The position numbers were made by a program, and so were the translations under genes. 64,000 nt of DNA, taken from assembly GCF_018977255.1 (NCBI RefSeq), contig NW_024704742.1, positions 87,794,001-87,858,000 of the forward strand. The letters are read 5' to 3'. Below the pieces are notes generated by a model. The model had not been told where the DNA came from, did no database searches, and worked only from the letters and a program-made list of their open reading frames with translations. Position 1 is the stretch's first letter; each line of letters opens with the position of its first letter. This document shows positions 25,540 through 39,109 of the stretch, piece after piece. The stretch comes from Callorhinchus milii. Its lineage: Eukaryota.

Positions 25540-26522
25540 AGTGCAACTTCAAGTCCAGTAGTTGATCCTTTCTCTCTCCAACCCCCCTACCTCCCCCCCA
25601 CACATACACACACTAATTGTTGCTCTCTTTTAATGGAGTTGTGGATCAAAGGCAAGTTGTCTCGGCACAGCTCGTAAGTGGAACAGAACCACGCCACTGC
25701 TGTCATCACACTGCCCCACTTTAGATCTGCAATTCTCCCATGTCCCAGTATCTCCCTGTAAGTGTTGCAGCATTTTGGTGGTGGTGGATTTATAAGCAAT
25801 ATAAAATACCTTCCTGCCTCCTCTGCACGTTTTACTGAAATGTTGCTGAACTACTTTTTCAGAGCATAAGACCCGCCTCTGAAAGGAATTGGGTAGCGAT
25901 TTGGGTCTTTGTATCCAATCCACAGCCAGAACCACCCCCACACAGCCTGCCCTGACCAGCTGCTCGGTCAATGTCTGCTCCAAACTTCAAGGTTTAATTT
26001 GAGCCTGTATTTTCAGGATCAACTAGCTAATCATGACTCTTTTTTTTTTTGAAGGGAGTCGCTTTCTGACAAAAGCATTGATGCATACCAGCTATTAAAG
26101 CAATCCCCTTTTGATTATAACTGCACCATTTAATTCCCTTCTCTCCATAAGGCATCCCTAATTTAGGCGCTCATTGAAACATTGAGCCTTCAAAAAGGAG
26201 ACTAACTTGTGGAGGCAGACGGTGCTCTCGGTGGCAAGTGTTGTGGTTTCAGCAGATTAAACTATCAGTTATCCCAACACAATGGCCATGGGTCTTGCCA
26301 ACCTTAAGAATTGGATGATCGGGGCGCGTCCTGGGGAGTGAATAATCCATTCCAAAAGCGGGCAAATTTCTGTGACTAGGTGGCATTGCTACCTGTCAAG
26401 TTTACATGCTATTTAACATGATGATGGGTTATTGCATGTGTAAGACACTTGGTTGAACCATATCAAAGTGATCAGGATAATGCCTCAACGCAGCAGTGCT
26501 GGTCTCTGATATTTCCTCTATA

Positions 26523-26841
26523 GTAATAATAATAATAATAATCCTCGCATTTGATATAGTGCTTTTCACGTCGAGAGGACGTCCCAAAGCGCTTCACAGA
26601 ACATACTGTAAAGTGAATTGACTGTATATTTGTGGGCGAACGCGGCAGCCAATTGCGCACAGCAAATTCCCACAAACAGTCGCAGATTGAAAATGGCCAA
26701 TTATTGGTTTTGGAGGGATTATTATTATTAGGCTCTGTGTGGAGTAGGAAACTTGCCCAAGGTTTCGCCCTCTGCCTGGAATTGAACTCCGGTCTTCTCG
26801 CTTGCAAAGCGAGTGCTCTAACCACTGAGCTACAGGACTCC
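26523..26841 (-). mobile_element. Young tRNA-Ala SINE, same subfamily as 32576-32896, in VLDLR intron 1
   Basis: Reverse complement aligns end to end with 32576-32896 and shares the TGC anticodon and the internal deletion. Confidence 0.92.
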
Positions 26842-28608
26842 AGTGGCCTAGTGTGCCATAGACATGTCAGTGCTATTGATGTGACTTTTTTTTGTCGTGA
26901 GGATGACATCTTCCTGGAAGGAGATTCTCTAAGTTCCCCAACAAGTGAAATTTCAAAGCTGATTGACTCCCATGACTGTCTCCTCTTTGAAGTCCAAATA
27001 CTTCCATGAATTTCTGAATTTTGAGGAAGTAGGAAAAATAATATAACCAGCAGATAGCACTCTCTCTGCTGCTGTACTAATGACCCTTGTCAATAGGAAA
27101 TTGAGTGAGATGTGAGCTAGAAACCACCTATAGTTTGCTCAAACTAAAGATTACTGTATATGATAAATGTCATTGGGTCAGCCTGGCTTGATTGCTAGTG
27201 CTTTTGCCTTTGAGTTTGTGGGTTCAAGGCCCATGTATGGACTCTGACATCAGTCTATGCTGACACTCCAGTCCAGTGCTGGGGTGCACCACTTTATTGA
27301 AGGTTCTATCCTTTTGGATGAGATGTTAAACTGAGTTCCTGCTGCCTGTTCAGGTGGGTGTTAAAGACTCAACAACCTTATTAGTAGGGAGTTTCTCTGG
27401 TGTCCTGGTCAATAATCCCCCAAAATAAAATTGGTGGTTTGCTTCATAGCTGTTTTTTCTGGAACAATGCTATGTACAAATTTGCTGTTTACTTTCAAAA
27501 GCTACTAGCTTTAAGACTTGCTCCTGATATAGGTGACGTATTACATTTTAGGATTATTATAAAGAACAGCAAAACAAATTTGTTTGAATTGCTGGAGGCT
27601 AATTCCAAAGTTGAGCAACCTCTTTACTTAATCATATTGTGCATAAATATGTTGCTTCAGTGTCACTGATTTCTGTGAGGCTGTAATTTCACTGTCCCTG
27701 TAGACTGTCAGATAGCTATTTAAGAACCAAATAAACTAGAATTGTGCTGCTATGCAGACAAACTCACTTTGAGGTGCTGATCTTGTATCTAGAATATAAA
27801 TAAAGATTGCACATGTCCTTATCAATCTGTTTCCTCTTGCCACAGCTTTACTGGGACATCATAAAGCTTGAACAATTGCTATCAAAGTAAAACAAAGTAG
27901 TGTTAAACTGGCAACTCAATGTGGTGAACATTATGTTTTAATGTATTGTGTCTTAAGTACACATTAATCCTGCTTTAATTAAACTACTCATTAAAGTATG
28001 GATTAACATAATATTTTTTTAAACCAGCCCCAATCTGACAATAGCTCACTACAAAAGCCTATGTTTGATCTCTTGAGCAAGCAGCCAAGTTTTCAAATGC
28101 TGTGTAATCTGCTGCTTCACATTCTTGTGGAAGAGTTGATCAGCTAAATGAAATATTGTTCAAAATGAAGTGTTCCCAAATGTTTGTGTTAATTTGACCG
28201 TCTTTTAAACAAGATGTGATTTTTAAAAACTAATGCTTTTTGTTAAAATAACTCACCTCACAAGGGACACGTTAGGCAGATTTCCTTACTCCGTATGCCT
28301 TGTTAGTTGATTGGTGAATTGCTTATCCAGAATAATAATCCCTTCAAAAAAAATAAATTGGTCACTCAATCCATGACTGTTTGTGGAACACTGCTGTGTG
28401 CGATTGGCTGCCAAGTTTTCATTCACAAAACATGAAATCAATTCGCTATACAGTATATTCTGTGAAGTGCTTTGATATGACTTGAAGATGTGATAAGGTA
28501 CTATATCAAGATTGTTTATTAAACATATTAAAGCTGGTGAATGCTTGTTAAATTCCTTTTGGGCTGTAATTGAAGCATTAAAATTACATTTTTTAAAAAC
28601 TCCTGAAG

Positions 28609-28728
28609 GCTCAAGAGTGTCTTGTGAGGAAACGCAGTTTCAGTGCAGAAATGGACGTTGCATCCCTTCAATATGGAAATGTGATGGTGATGACGACTGT
28701 GTTGATGGCAGTGATGAAAGCTCCTGTG
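28609..28728 (+). CDS. VLDLR: VLDLR exon 2, LDL-A repeat 1
   Basis: [47 protein letters not shown]; 120 nt, phase 1-1. Confidence 0.95.
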
Positions 28729-31173
28729 GTGAGTCTTGAACTTTCAAAGTTTTTTTTTACATAATGATCTAACTTTGAAGCAAAGAACCATGTATTTTTA
28801 AATGAACCTGATGCATACATAAGGGAGAAGGGTCTAGTTGAGGGGAATAGGAGGGGTGGGATCTTGTGTGGATTCTAAACAGACTAATTTAGTTAGTTCT
28901 GTACCACCACTCTTCTCCCACAAAACAGTCACTCCACTGTACATTCTATAATGTGCATTGAGATGTCCTCATGACATGCAGTATCAAACATAAGTGTTTA
29001 CTGTATGTATTTTACTGAATTCTTGGTCCTTTCTAGAATGATGGTTAGCTTTCACGGTTGTAAATTGCATGTTGGAAAGTATTCTGCTTTGCTCTTCTAA
29101 TGCTAGCTCAAGTGGCGGTATTCTTCTTCTGATACAGAATAGCTGCCAAGATCTTGTCAAATGGTACTAAAATGTAGTTTAAGTAACCATGAGCCCAAAA
29201 GCTTTGAACCAGTGTACTATTAAAATCCAATTAGTATAATGAATATGAAGTCTAAGAATATCCATGTTTGCCCTTGATCAACTGTAAATCTCTTCCAACA
29301 TATGGGAATAACACTTTTCCAAGATCTGTTTATTTCTGACAAAGCACAGGTGACCATAAGATGCTTTTTTTCAAAAAAAAAACATTTCCACCTGTAAAGG
29401 TGTCTGTCAATCAGAATGAAATTCACTGGTCACTCTGACAGCTATTGGTAAAGTATTGAACAAGCTTTAGAATCTGTCCACAAACCAATAAGATCAGTAC
29501 TTGTGTTAACAAGTGATGTTTTATTACTGAAGATTAACTTCAACCTTTTTAGTTCATGTTTTATAATTGTAGCTGGCTGACCTGTGCCCAAAACACTTGG
29601 TGCGCTTCAACCTTTTTCAGCAGAGTTCAACATCAGCAAGTACTATTAGAGATGGCATCTACTGTACTTAATGGTACTCTGTATTCAGGCTTAGTGGCAC
29701 ACTTGCTCACAAAACAGGCACTCCACAAATATATCCTCTGAAGTGCTTTGACGTCTTGACATGAAAGGTATTATAATGACTGCTGTTAATAAATTGATCT
29801 TGTATGAATGCAGTTTGGAGGTTTTATGATAGCAAAACTGCTTCAATTTTGGACTAACTAAATTTTTTGAAATTAGAGCTTTGAACTTGTAAGCATATGA
29901 TGAAAGGTGATGTATAGAAATATTGAATGAATGTTACTGCACCTGTAGCATTTAATTTAGAAGTAGTTGTATACAATGTTTGCCAAAATGAAATAGCATT
30001 GACTAAAATCTAGTTCAGAGCTTCATTGACTCCCCCTACCTCTAAAGGGAATCTTCCTTGCATGTCAGGTGTTGACATGGGGTCGACTGATTGAACCATT
30101 GACTGGGGTATTGAAAAATGACATCAAGTTGCAGTCCTACTGGCTTGTTGCATTGGTTACTGGGGGTCCTCTTTCCACAACTTAAGGAAGCTGAAAGTCA
30201 TTGCCAAGCTCAGAGCATCTTTGACCTGAAGCCTCTGCCTATGAAGGCAGTCTTCAGGACAAAGCTAGACTGCAGTATAAGATCGTAAAAGCATTTTGAA
30301 CACATCTTAGCATTGAGCACTGCTCAATGGACTCTTGCTAATCTCAATGTATTTACTGTTATAGCATTTAATGAATTTTACAATAACTACTCTCAATCCC
30401 AATATGAACTATTGATTTGTGAGTTCTAATCCATTGCATTATAGATTTGTATCTTCTTCTAGCAGCGATATTTCAATGTAACTATTTGTAGGCCAGACTG
30501 TAAACTATAAAATTACAATGCATGTAATTGAAGATATTAACATAAGCTATATCAAATGCAAGTACTGTATCATTGTTAAAGTGCATGGCCTGTTAGAACA
30601 CACCAATGGCAACCACCTATATACTCCAACTTCAATAGAGCTAGGCTATTCACACCTGGGTCTGAGCAAAAAATGTATCCCTCGTGTAAACTTATTCTAG
30701 CAGTAATTAATGAGCCCATAAATGTGGCAGTCAGGTTATTTGAAGCAATAAACCTAGACATGATGATGTACAGTATAAATTCTCTGTACTGTGATGAGGC
30801 TACAATAAACTCGGTATTGGAACTACTAACCTGTATTGAACCGTCAAAATGCTGACTTAATTTTAAGGCTTATTCCTTGTTCATATAGTTTTAAATCAAG
30901 TGAATTCCAGTCTTTTCAGAAGTGGCAAAGGGATCTTTCTCCTTGCAAGACTATGGGAGTGAATAAGACCAGCTGAAGGAGGCTTGGGTGCCAGGTGACC
31001 TTGCCCTACATGTTTTTAACTTTGGTTTGTGTTTTACTAGTTTAGAATTTTAAAGCTTTCCCACTGAGAAGGAAATCACAAAGCTTTTGATAGCTTTAAT
31101 TTGTAAAGGCATCAGTGTTGGACAAGGTTGTTGTGCAGTTCTATTTCACTCTAAATGGTTTTCTTTTATTTAG

Positions 31174-31296
31174 CAAAAAAGACCTGTGGCCCATCTGACT
31201 TTGTGTGCCACAATGGGCAATGCATACCTGATAGATGGCAGTGTGATGGTGATACAGATTGCGAAGATGGATCTGACGAAAGTCTAGAAGTTTGTC
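31174..31296 (+). CDS. VLDLR: VLDLR exon 3, LDL-A repeat 2 (not in the ORF track)
   Basis: [51 protein letters not shown]; 123 nt. Confidence 0.96.
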
Positions 31297-31819
31297 GTAA
31301 GTTTTTCGTTTAATACAAATGAACTATTCACCTGCTGTATAGGTTTAACAGATTAAGTCTGTACATGATTTTCTTCACTCCTAGTAAAGCGATGACCATA
31401 CAAAAACATTTTCATACAACCATGCTGAAGCTACTGATCCTTCTAGTGATGAGCCTTTACTTATCAAGTTGGATGACTGATTTTGTAGCCTCGCCATCTG
31501 TTTAATCAGATTGGCTGCCCTCTTATACACATGAAATGTACCACCTCAGCATTCAATGCCTTTTACAGTAAGATTTAATATGCAATAAGCTACAGTACTA
31601 CAATTACAGCTGTAACGAATAGTGGCATCTTCATAGGCTGCCTGTGACCTGTCTGCATTATATAGATCTGTGTGTTGCTGATACAATTTTAAACTAGGAA
31701 GGGGCATAGTTCAAATTGCACTACAGTATGTGGATCACTGAGCAAAGAGGAATAATTTGTTGGTTGATTTTCTTCAGGAAAATGCTCAGTTAAACTCTGA
31801 CATAACCTTTCCCTTTCAG

Positions 31820-31942
31820 AATTGAGGACATGTGGTGTGAATGAAATCAGCTGTGGCTCTGCATCCCTTCAGTGTATCCCTTTTCCATGGAGGTGTGATG
31901 GAGAGATGGACTGTGATAATGGTGGTGATGAGCAGAACTGTG
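31820..31942 (+). CDS. VLDLR: VLDLR exon 4, LDL-A repeat 3
   Basis: [52 protein letters not shown]; 123 nt. Confidence 0.96.
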
Positions 31943-32002
31943 GTAAGTTAATAGCAGGTTTAACTTTGATTTTAACTTTGACTTTAAATCTGTGCTTTGT
32001 TC

Positions 32003-33022
32003 GACCCTCCACTGTCTTCTTCCCCACATCCAAGCTATGACTCCCTTTGCCTTCCCTCACCTCCGTAACATCGCCCGACTCCGCCACTACTGCACTCCTC
32101 AGGCCGCTGAAACTCTTGTTCATGCCTTCACCACTCCAGGCTCGACTATGCAAATGCCCTGCTTGTCGGCCTTCCCAACTCCTCCCTCCACAGGCTGCAG
32201 ATAATCCAGAACTCTGCAGCTCGTGTCCTCTCCCGCACAAAACTGTGACCCCACCCCCCCAGTTCAAGATACTGATCCTCACCTACAAAGCCCTCCATGG
32301 CCTCACCCTACCTCTGCAACCTCCTAACCCCCTACCAACCCGCCTGCTCCCTCCACTCTGGCCTGCTCCACATGCCCTGACCCACCCACCCCATCTTGGC
32401 GGGAGAGCCTTCAGCCACTCTGCCCCCAACATCTGGAACTCCATCCCCCAATGACTCCACCTCATCCACAACAACAAGATTGCATTTATAGATGCATCCC
32501 CTCACGGAGGGTCACCCCTCCTTATCCTCCAAATCCCGCCTCAAAACCCTCTTCTTCGACCATGCCTGGGATTGTGGAGTCCTGTAGCTCAGTGGTTGAG
32601 CACTCGCTTTGCAAGCGAGAGACCTGAGTTCAATTCCAGGCAGGGCGAAACCTTGGGCAAGTTTCCTTACTCCACACGCCTAATAATAATCCCTCCAAAA
32701 CCAAAAACAATAATAAAATTGGTCATTTTCAATCTACGACTGTTTGTGGGACATTGCTGTGCGCAATTGGCTGCCGCGTTCGCCCACAAATATACAGTCA
32801 ATTCACTTTACAGTGTGTTCTGTGAAGCGCTTTGGGACGTCCTCCCGACGTGAAAAGCGCTATATCAAATGCAAGGATTATTATTATTATTATTATGCCA
32901 TCAGCCACCCCCCTTCCCCTCGCTTCTCCCCCGACCCAGGCTCAGGCCTAAAATGCTGTACTCTGTCCAGTACCTTGGGATGTCCTCCTGACGTGAAAGG
33001 TGCTATATAAATAATCTTGTTG
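32003..33022 (+). mobile_element. L2 3' fragment in VLDLR intron 4, interrupted by a young SINE (32576-32896)
   Basis: L2 C-terminal motifs; L2 sequence resumes after the SINE tail, with ATGCC on both sides as a possible TSD. Confidence 0.85.
32576..32896 (+). mobile_element. Young tRNA-Ala-derived SINE with L2-type 3' end and (TAT)n tail
   Basis: A-box TAGCTCAGTGG (32585), anticodon arm CTCGC-TTTGCAA-GCGAG (TGC), B-box GTTCAATTC (32628), intact CpGs. Confidence 0.92.
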
Positions 33023-33667
33023 TTAAAAGCACATGTTGTAATATTTAAGCAGGAGCATACTTGCAGACCATTACATTTAATACACATTTCTTTTGCTCTG
33101 CTTTATTTTGACTTGTTTTTCTTTAGTGTACAGAGTTCAAAACTGAAGCGCAGGGCTTCAAAGCATATTACAGTAACCAGCTGCATTAGTTCTTACTATA
33201 AGGTCCTATTTGTCAATAAATCTAGGGAGCATGGTTATGAGCCACAAGAACAGTGAAAGGAGAACTTGAGACAAATTTTTCAACCAGAGAGTTGGGATGT
33301 GGAATGCCCTACTGAGATAAGCATATGAAATAGGGCTTGAAGGGATATGGTAATGAGGTGGGGTAGTGGGATTGAATTGATCTCCTTGCTCTGAGTCAGT
33401 GCAGACTCAATCGGTCGAATGGCCTCCTGTTTTCTAGATTTCTAAATCTGCTGCAGTCTACATCTGACTCCCAAGAGTGAATCTTTCAAGGCCAATGTCA
33501 CTTTCAATGCAATTGAATTTGCCTTGTGTGTGCCATATTTCAAATCAAAGCCATTGTGGAAATAAACGGTTGCTCACAATAATAGAAGTTTATGGATAGT
33601 GGAAGGAGCAGACTACTTTATGGTCTCAGGTGGTATAAACCTAACTTTCAAATGTTTTATCTTTCAG

Positions 33668-34039
33668 GACAGCTTACTTGCAGTATACTAGAGTTTACTT
33701 GCTCCAGTGGCCGGTGCATTTCTAAGACCTTTGTGTGCAATGGGGAGGATGACTGTGGTGATGGAAGCGATGAGCAAGAGTGTGCTCCACCTACCTGTGG
33801 TCCACATGAGTTTCATTGCAATAGCTCAGAGTGTATCCCCTTCCGTTGGGTGTGTGACAGTGACATTGACTGCATGGACCAATCTGATGAGTCAGCAGAT
33901 CACTGTGGACACACAATTCCTCCTCTAGTGAAATGCTCCACCAGTGAGGTTCAGTGTGGCTCAGGGGAATGCATCCACCGCCGATGGTACTGTGATGGAG
34001 ATGCTGACTGCAAAGATGGAAGTGATGAAATTAACTGCC
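33668..34039 (+). CDS. VLDLR: VLDLR exon 5, LDL-A repeats 4-6
   Basis: Three 6-Cys repeats, each ending SDE; TTTCAG/GTAAGT; 372 nt. Confidence 0.97.
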
Positions 34040-34951
34040 GTAAGTGGACTGTCAAATCTTTAATAGCATATTTGCCAATGGTTGCTTTACCTCACCGAGG
34101 GACTTGGCCGTTTTAGTTTAACTGAAACAACTTTCATTTTTCTAAAGTAACCTTGAGTCTTGACAGTTTTCAGGTCCTTTTATCCATCTTTTGAATAAAA
34201 TGTTAACTGAGGTCCCATCTGCTTGTTCAGATAGATGTTAAAGATCCCATGGCATTCTTCAGAAAGAGAAGGGAGTCCTGGCCAGCAATCCCCCAAATAA
34301 ATTTGGTCAATCACTCTGGCTATTTGTGACACATTGCTGTGTGAAAACTAGCTACTGTGTTTTGCCCACAAAATAGTCAATTCATTTCACAATATATCTT
34401 GTGAAGTGCTTTGAGATGTCTTGACAACACACGGCACTATATCAAATGCAAGGATTAAGTGAAGCATGGCTGCAAAATGTGCCAACCAGATACTGGTATT
34501 TATTCCAATACAATGAATGTAAATTGCTGGGATTTCAAACGTTTAGTAAAGACCTTTGGAAGAAATGATATATAACCAAATTGCCTCTGCAGTTTCATAG
34601 AACTTAGTCCCATAGAATATAATTTATTTTATTGCTAGAAATTTTCCTCACCTACAAAATGGTCACTATGCTTTGCAGCGATATCCTATGCAAGGATGAT
34701 TTACTCATATCCTAACCAGTGCTGCCTGCTTCAAACTTCACTTTACATCTTAATGTTTGAATGGGTCAGGTTACATGTCATAGGAATAAAGCCTTGATTT
34801 GTTTCATATTTGCTGCTTGTACAAGTAATGAGAGCTTTTGTAGAAGACCAGCAATGGCTTCATCTAATACCTATGACCAACGTAATCCAAGGTAAAGCTA
34901 CTGTTCAGCTAGTAACAACTTTTTTATGAAATGTATTTTATTTCTCCTCAG

Positions 34952-35073
34952 CTCCTCGGACTTGTCGACCTGACTACTTTAGATGTGGTGATGGTAGCTG
35001 CATTCATGGAAGCAGGCAATGTAATCATTTTAGGGACTGTATTGACGGTAGTGATGAAGTCAGCTGTCAAATG
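34952..35073 (+). CDS. VLDLR: VLDLR exon 6, LDL-A repeat 7 (122 nt as given, 1 nt short of in-frame)
   Basis: [39 protein letters not shown]; acceptor CTCAG; donor GTAAGT at 35074 is phase 0 whereas exon 7 needs phase 1. Confidence 0.9.
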
Positions 35074-35865
35074 GTAAGTGCATGTTTAGGTGTCGGTCTG
35101 GCTCAGTTGGTAGCGCTTGCCTGTGAATCGAAAGGTTGTAGGTTTCAAACTTTGCATGAGACTTTGAGCTCATAGCCCTGGCTAACACTCCCAATGTGGA
35201 GCTTAGAGCACTGCTTTGTCAGAGGTACTGACCTTCAGATGAGATGCTCAACCAAGGGCCCCCCATCTACCTGATTCGACGTATATTAAAAATCCTGTGA
35301 CACTCACTATTCAAAGTATTCTCTAGTTTTTTTTGTTTTAATAAATCCTTTGCTGTGCACAAATTAGTTGCAGCGTTTGCCAACATTTTATAGAAAGTGT
35401 GTGCTTTGAGATGTTCTCAAGGTGCTATATCATGCACCTTGAGAATGTAAAGTCCTGTAGTGTATTGGTTAGAGCACTCCTCTCAAGTGAGGACCTGGGT
35501 TCGATTCCCAGGCAGGGTGAAACCTTAGACAATTTTCCTTCCTCCACATGCCTCTGTTTACCTAGCAGTAAATAGGAACCTGGTTGTTAGTCGATTGGCA
35601 GATCGCTTTCCAGGTGTAATAATTCCTTTTTTAAATAATAATAATAATTTGGTTACTCAATCCACGATGGTTTGTTGGATACTGCTATGCACAGTTGGCA
35701 GCCACATTTTCCCACAATCAATTTACTTGACAGTATATTCTGTGACGTGCTTTGAGATGTCTTGAAGATGTGATAAGGTGCTATATCAAAAGCAGATTAT
35801 TTTAGAATAATAAGGTCACAACTACAAGTAATACAGCAGCTTTCTGATGGGTCTGTATTTTACAG

Positions 35866-35988
35866 TTACAGAATGTACAGGGCCAACTAACTTCAAATGC
35901 CAAACTGGAGAATGCGTAGACATGACCCTGGTATGCAACAAACAGCGGGATTGCAGGGACTGGAGCGATGAGCCTCTCAAAGAATGTG
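35866..35988 (+). CDS. VLDLR: VLDLR exon 7, LDL-A repeat 8
   Basis: [52 protein letters not shown]; 123 nt. A second in-phase AG lies 6 nt downstream. Confidence 0.95.
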
Positions 35989-37252
35989 GTAAGTGGCTGG
36001 CCCTTTTGATTTCAATTTTTTGCATGGCTGCTCATGATGCTGAATGTTTTTTTTAAACTTGCCTTATTGATGAGCTAGTCACTCAGTGCCCTTAGATATA
36101 ATGAAAAACAATGTTCCAACTCAAATTGTGATGCTCATCCTTGAAATGTGGATTATGACCTATTTAATGAAATGGAGAATTTCACACTGGGTAAATCTGA
36201 CCCTGTAGTGAGATCCAAGATGCAAATTCTGATATGTAGAAAATGAAAGTCCACTGATCTAATTCTTAGAAACTACTTTAAATTGTGGGTTAAAGAGCTA
36301 GTTAAAGTCTTAGTGTGGCAGTCTGCAGTGGTTTCTTTAATATGGCAATTCCCTCAATAGCCTGTGTTGTATTTAATTCCACTCCATGATTTGAACAGAT
36401 GACTTTAAAATGGCTTTTACTCAGCACCTTGAAAATGTCTGTCTAGCTTTAAACATCAGGAAACCACTTTCACAATGAATTTATGCATCTGCTTTCTAAA
36501 ACTTGTACCACATCTTTGAAATCGCATCTTAGTTAACTAGTTTGCGAATATTTCATTTGATTTCAAACAAACTCAAATGGTAGATCTTGTACAAGTCTTG
36601 GCATTGAGGAAGCTGTATATTGGCCTATTGATGATACTTTAAGACATCACCACCACCCCCCACCACATGTGCATGAGCACACACTGCCCTTAGTAGGGTG
36701 GAAATTGTGCAACAAACCTGCAGATGTAGATGGGAGTTATTTTAAAATTCAAAGGTTTTGGAAATGTTAGAAAATGGGGAGGCTGATGGAGCCTGACAAG
36801 GATTGGGTGAGATGGCATATGAAGCCTGGTGTGGGAAAGAATGCAGGCCTCAGAAGTTCTGGATGAGGTTATGCTAGTAATATTGCTTAAGCAGATTATG
36901 CTACTAATCCTGAAGAAAGCAATCTACCTGGCAAGTAAGCAAGCATTTTCAGTATTGTTAGAGCATTGACTCATTGCTTTAGAGCCTTCAACTGTGCTAC
37001 CATTTTAAATGGTTAACTTCAAAGATGGGGTACATTTTTAAATAAACTGCATACTGTATGTTAAACTATTGCCTGTGTAAGCAGTCTTCACTCTAATACT
37101 GGTTTAAGCCAAATATCATGTCAAGTTCTACGGCTGTCTTTGGCATCTAAGCCCTGTTGAGCATCGATTGGGAGTTCAGTTTGCTTGGTGTTAAGGGGCT
37201 ACTGCTTAGTGTGAAAGGACTAAAGTAATGGTCCATGACTTCTCTTCTGCAG

Positions 37253-37372
37253 GTTTAAACGAGTGCTTGGAGAATAACGGTGGTTGTTCCCACGTCTGCA
37301 GGGATCTGGTGATTGGTTACGAGTGCTACTGTCCTCCTGGCTTTAAGTTGGTTGACAGAAAAACATGTGGGG
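37253..37372 (+). CDS. VLDLR: VLDLR exon 8, EGF-A
   Basis: [39 protein letters not shown]; 120 nt; AG/GTAAG. Confidence 0.96.
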
Positions 37373-37449
37373 GTAAGTTGAGGGTTTAATTGCTGTAAGA
37401 AATAGTCTACTTTTTAATCTGTGAATCTCAAAGTTTGTTTTCTTTACAG

Positions 37450-37575
37450 ATATTGATGAGTGTCAGAACCCTGGAATATGCAGTCAAATTTGCCTTAATC
37501 TGAAAGGAGGCTATAAATGTGAATGTCGTGCAGGATATCAAATGGATCCAGCTAATGGGGTTTGCAAGGCAATAG
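37450..37575 (+). CDS. VLDLR: VLDLR exon 9, EGF-B (Ca-binding)
   Basis: [42 protein letters not shown]; 126 nt; preceded by a 77-nt intron. Confidence 0.96.
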
Positions 37576-38629
37576 GTAGGTACAATCAAAATTAACCAAA
37601 GTGAGACCAAGTAGCCTTTAGCCCATTTAACTTTGATACTGGATTATGTCAAACTTTCCTTTACCATTATTCTCAAGTATCCAGTAAAGCTGTAGGAAAT
37701 CTTACTAACCTGATCAATTAATTAGTCTTAAATTCTGTTTACAAATACAAGACTGGTTACATTGTCGTTTAGGAACATAGGTATTAGGAGTAGGCCATTC
37801 AGCCCCTTGAGCCTACCCCGCAATTCAATAAAATCATGGCTGATCTTCTAATCTAACTACATCTGCCCGCCTTATCCCCATATCCCTTAATCCCTCGATT
37901 TGTATCTTTCCAAATGTTTGCAAATCTAAATGAAGACTAGAAAGGAAATAGACTTCTATGCAGATGTCAATCTTGTACTTGACATGGACTAGTAAACCTA
38001 TCCTGAACACTAAAAATGAAAGTAATTAATCTAGTTTAACAATTTACATAGCACCCTTAAGCAGGATTGTGTCCCAGAATGCTTGACAGTGACTGAGCAC
38101 GACACAGCACCTGGGGAGGTGACTAAGTACAGTTGAAGAGGAAGGTCTTAAGGAACAACCTGAAGATGGGCAAGGTGGAGGGAGTGTTCCAGAGTTTGGA
38201 AGCATAGTGCCTGAAAGCATGGCCACTGATGGTGCAACAGAGGGGCGCGTATGAGGGACAATCAAGAGGCTGAAGCCACTTTAGTTAATTCCTTAATTCT
38301 AATGTTTATTCTTAAACTTTCAAATAAATTCTTTGCCAGTTTAAATGTAGTGTTCTTAATTCTTCGTATTAGTGACTTGTCAGCATTGGTTAGTTGTAGA
38401 TTCTGTTCGAATTCAAAGTCTCGCATCTGGCTCAGGTGGTCAAATGCTCCACTTGGATGTGGGAGGAGTATTGCCCACATTATTGCTCTTGTGGATAAGA
38501 ACCACCTTCAGTTACTGCATAATATTAGACTAGATTTTGACAAGATATGAAACACCATTGACCTGCTGAGAGTCCACGTATCAGTTGATAAGCTGAGTAT
38601 CAGTTTGCTGCCTTCTGTTTCTTGCACAG

Positions 38630-38801
38630 GAAAAGAGCCCTACCTGATCTTCACTAACCGCCGTGATATACGGAAACTAGGTCTGGAGCACAAGGAGTAC
38701 ACCCAGGTAGTTGAGCAGTTGCGAAATGTTGTCGCACTTGATGCTGACATTGTAGCACAGAGGATCTTTTGGGCTGACATGGGACAGCGGGCAATCTTCA
38801 G
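38630..38801 (+). CDS. VLDLR: VLDLR exon 10, beta-propeller start
   Basis: [56 protein letters not shown]; 172 nt. Confidence 0.96.
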
Positions 38802-39109
38802 GTAAATACAAGTAGTGAGCAGGAACCTTTAAACCAAACTATTCAATTTGAGCTACACACCACCTGTAAATAATCACTCAAATCTAAAACCATGAATTGT
38901 TTGCCCAATCACCTTTTTATATATGTTCAGATTCATATTTTTTCCTCTACAAAATAATGGCTTTATTTGCACATCACATGGCCCCATCTGATTGTATTCA
39001 AATTGATTTTTAGATGCAATTTATAGTTGTGTTAATATGGCTAGACTGGCCTAGGAGTCTGAAACCTGCTAGATTAATTTGTAGGAATTAACAGTCATTA
39101 ATCTTGCAG

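Noticed and set aside
32576..32650. tRNA-Ala gene
   Set aside because: It has A/B boxes and an anticodon arm but no proper acceptor stem, and continues into SINE body and tail; many decayed copies exist.
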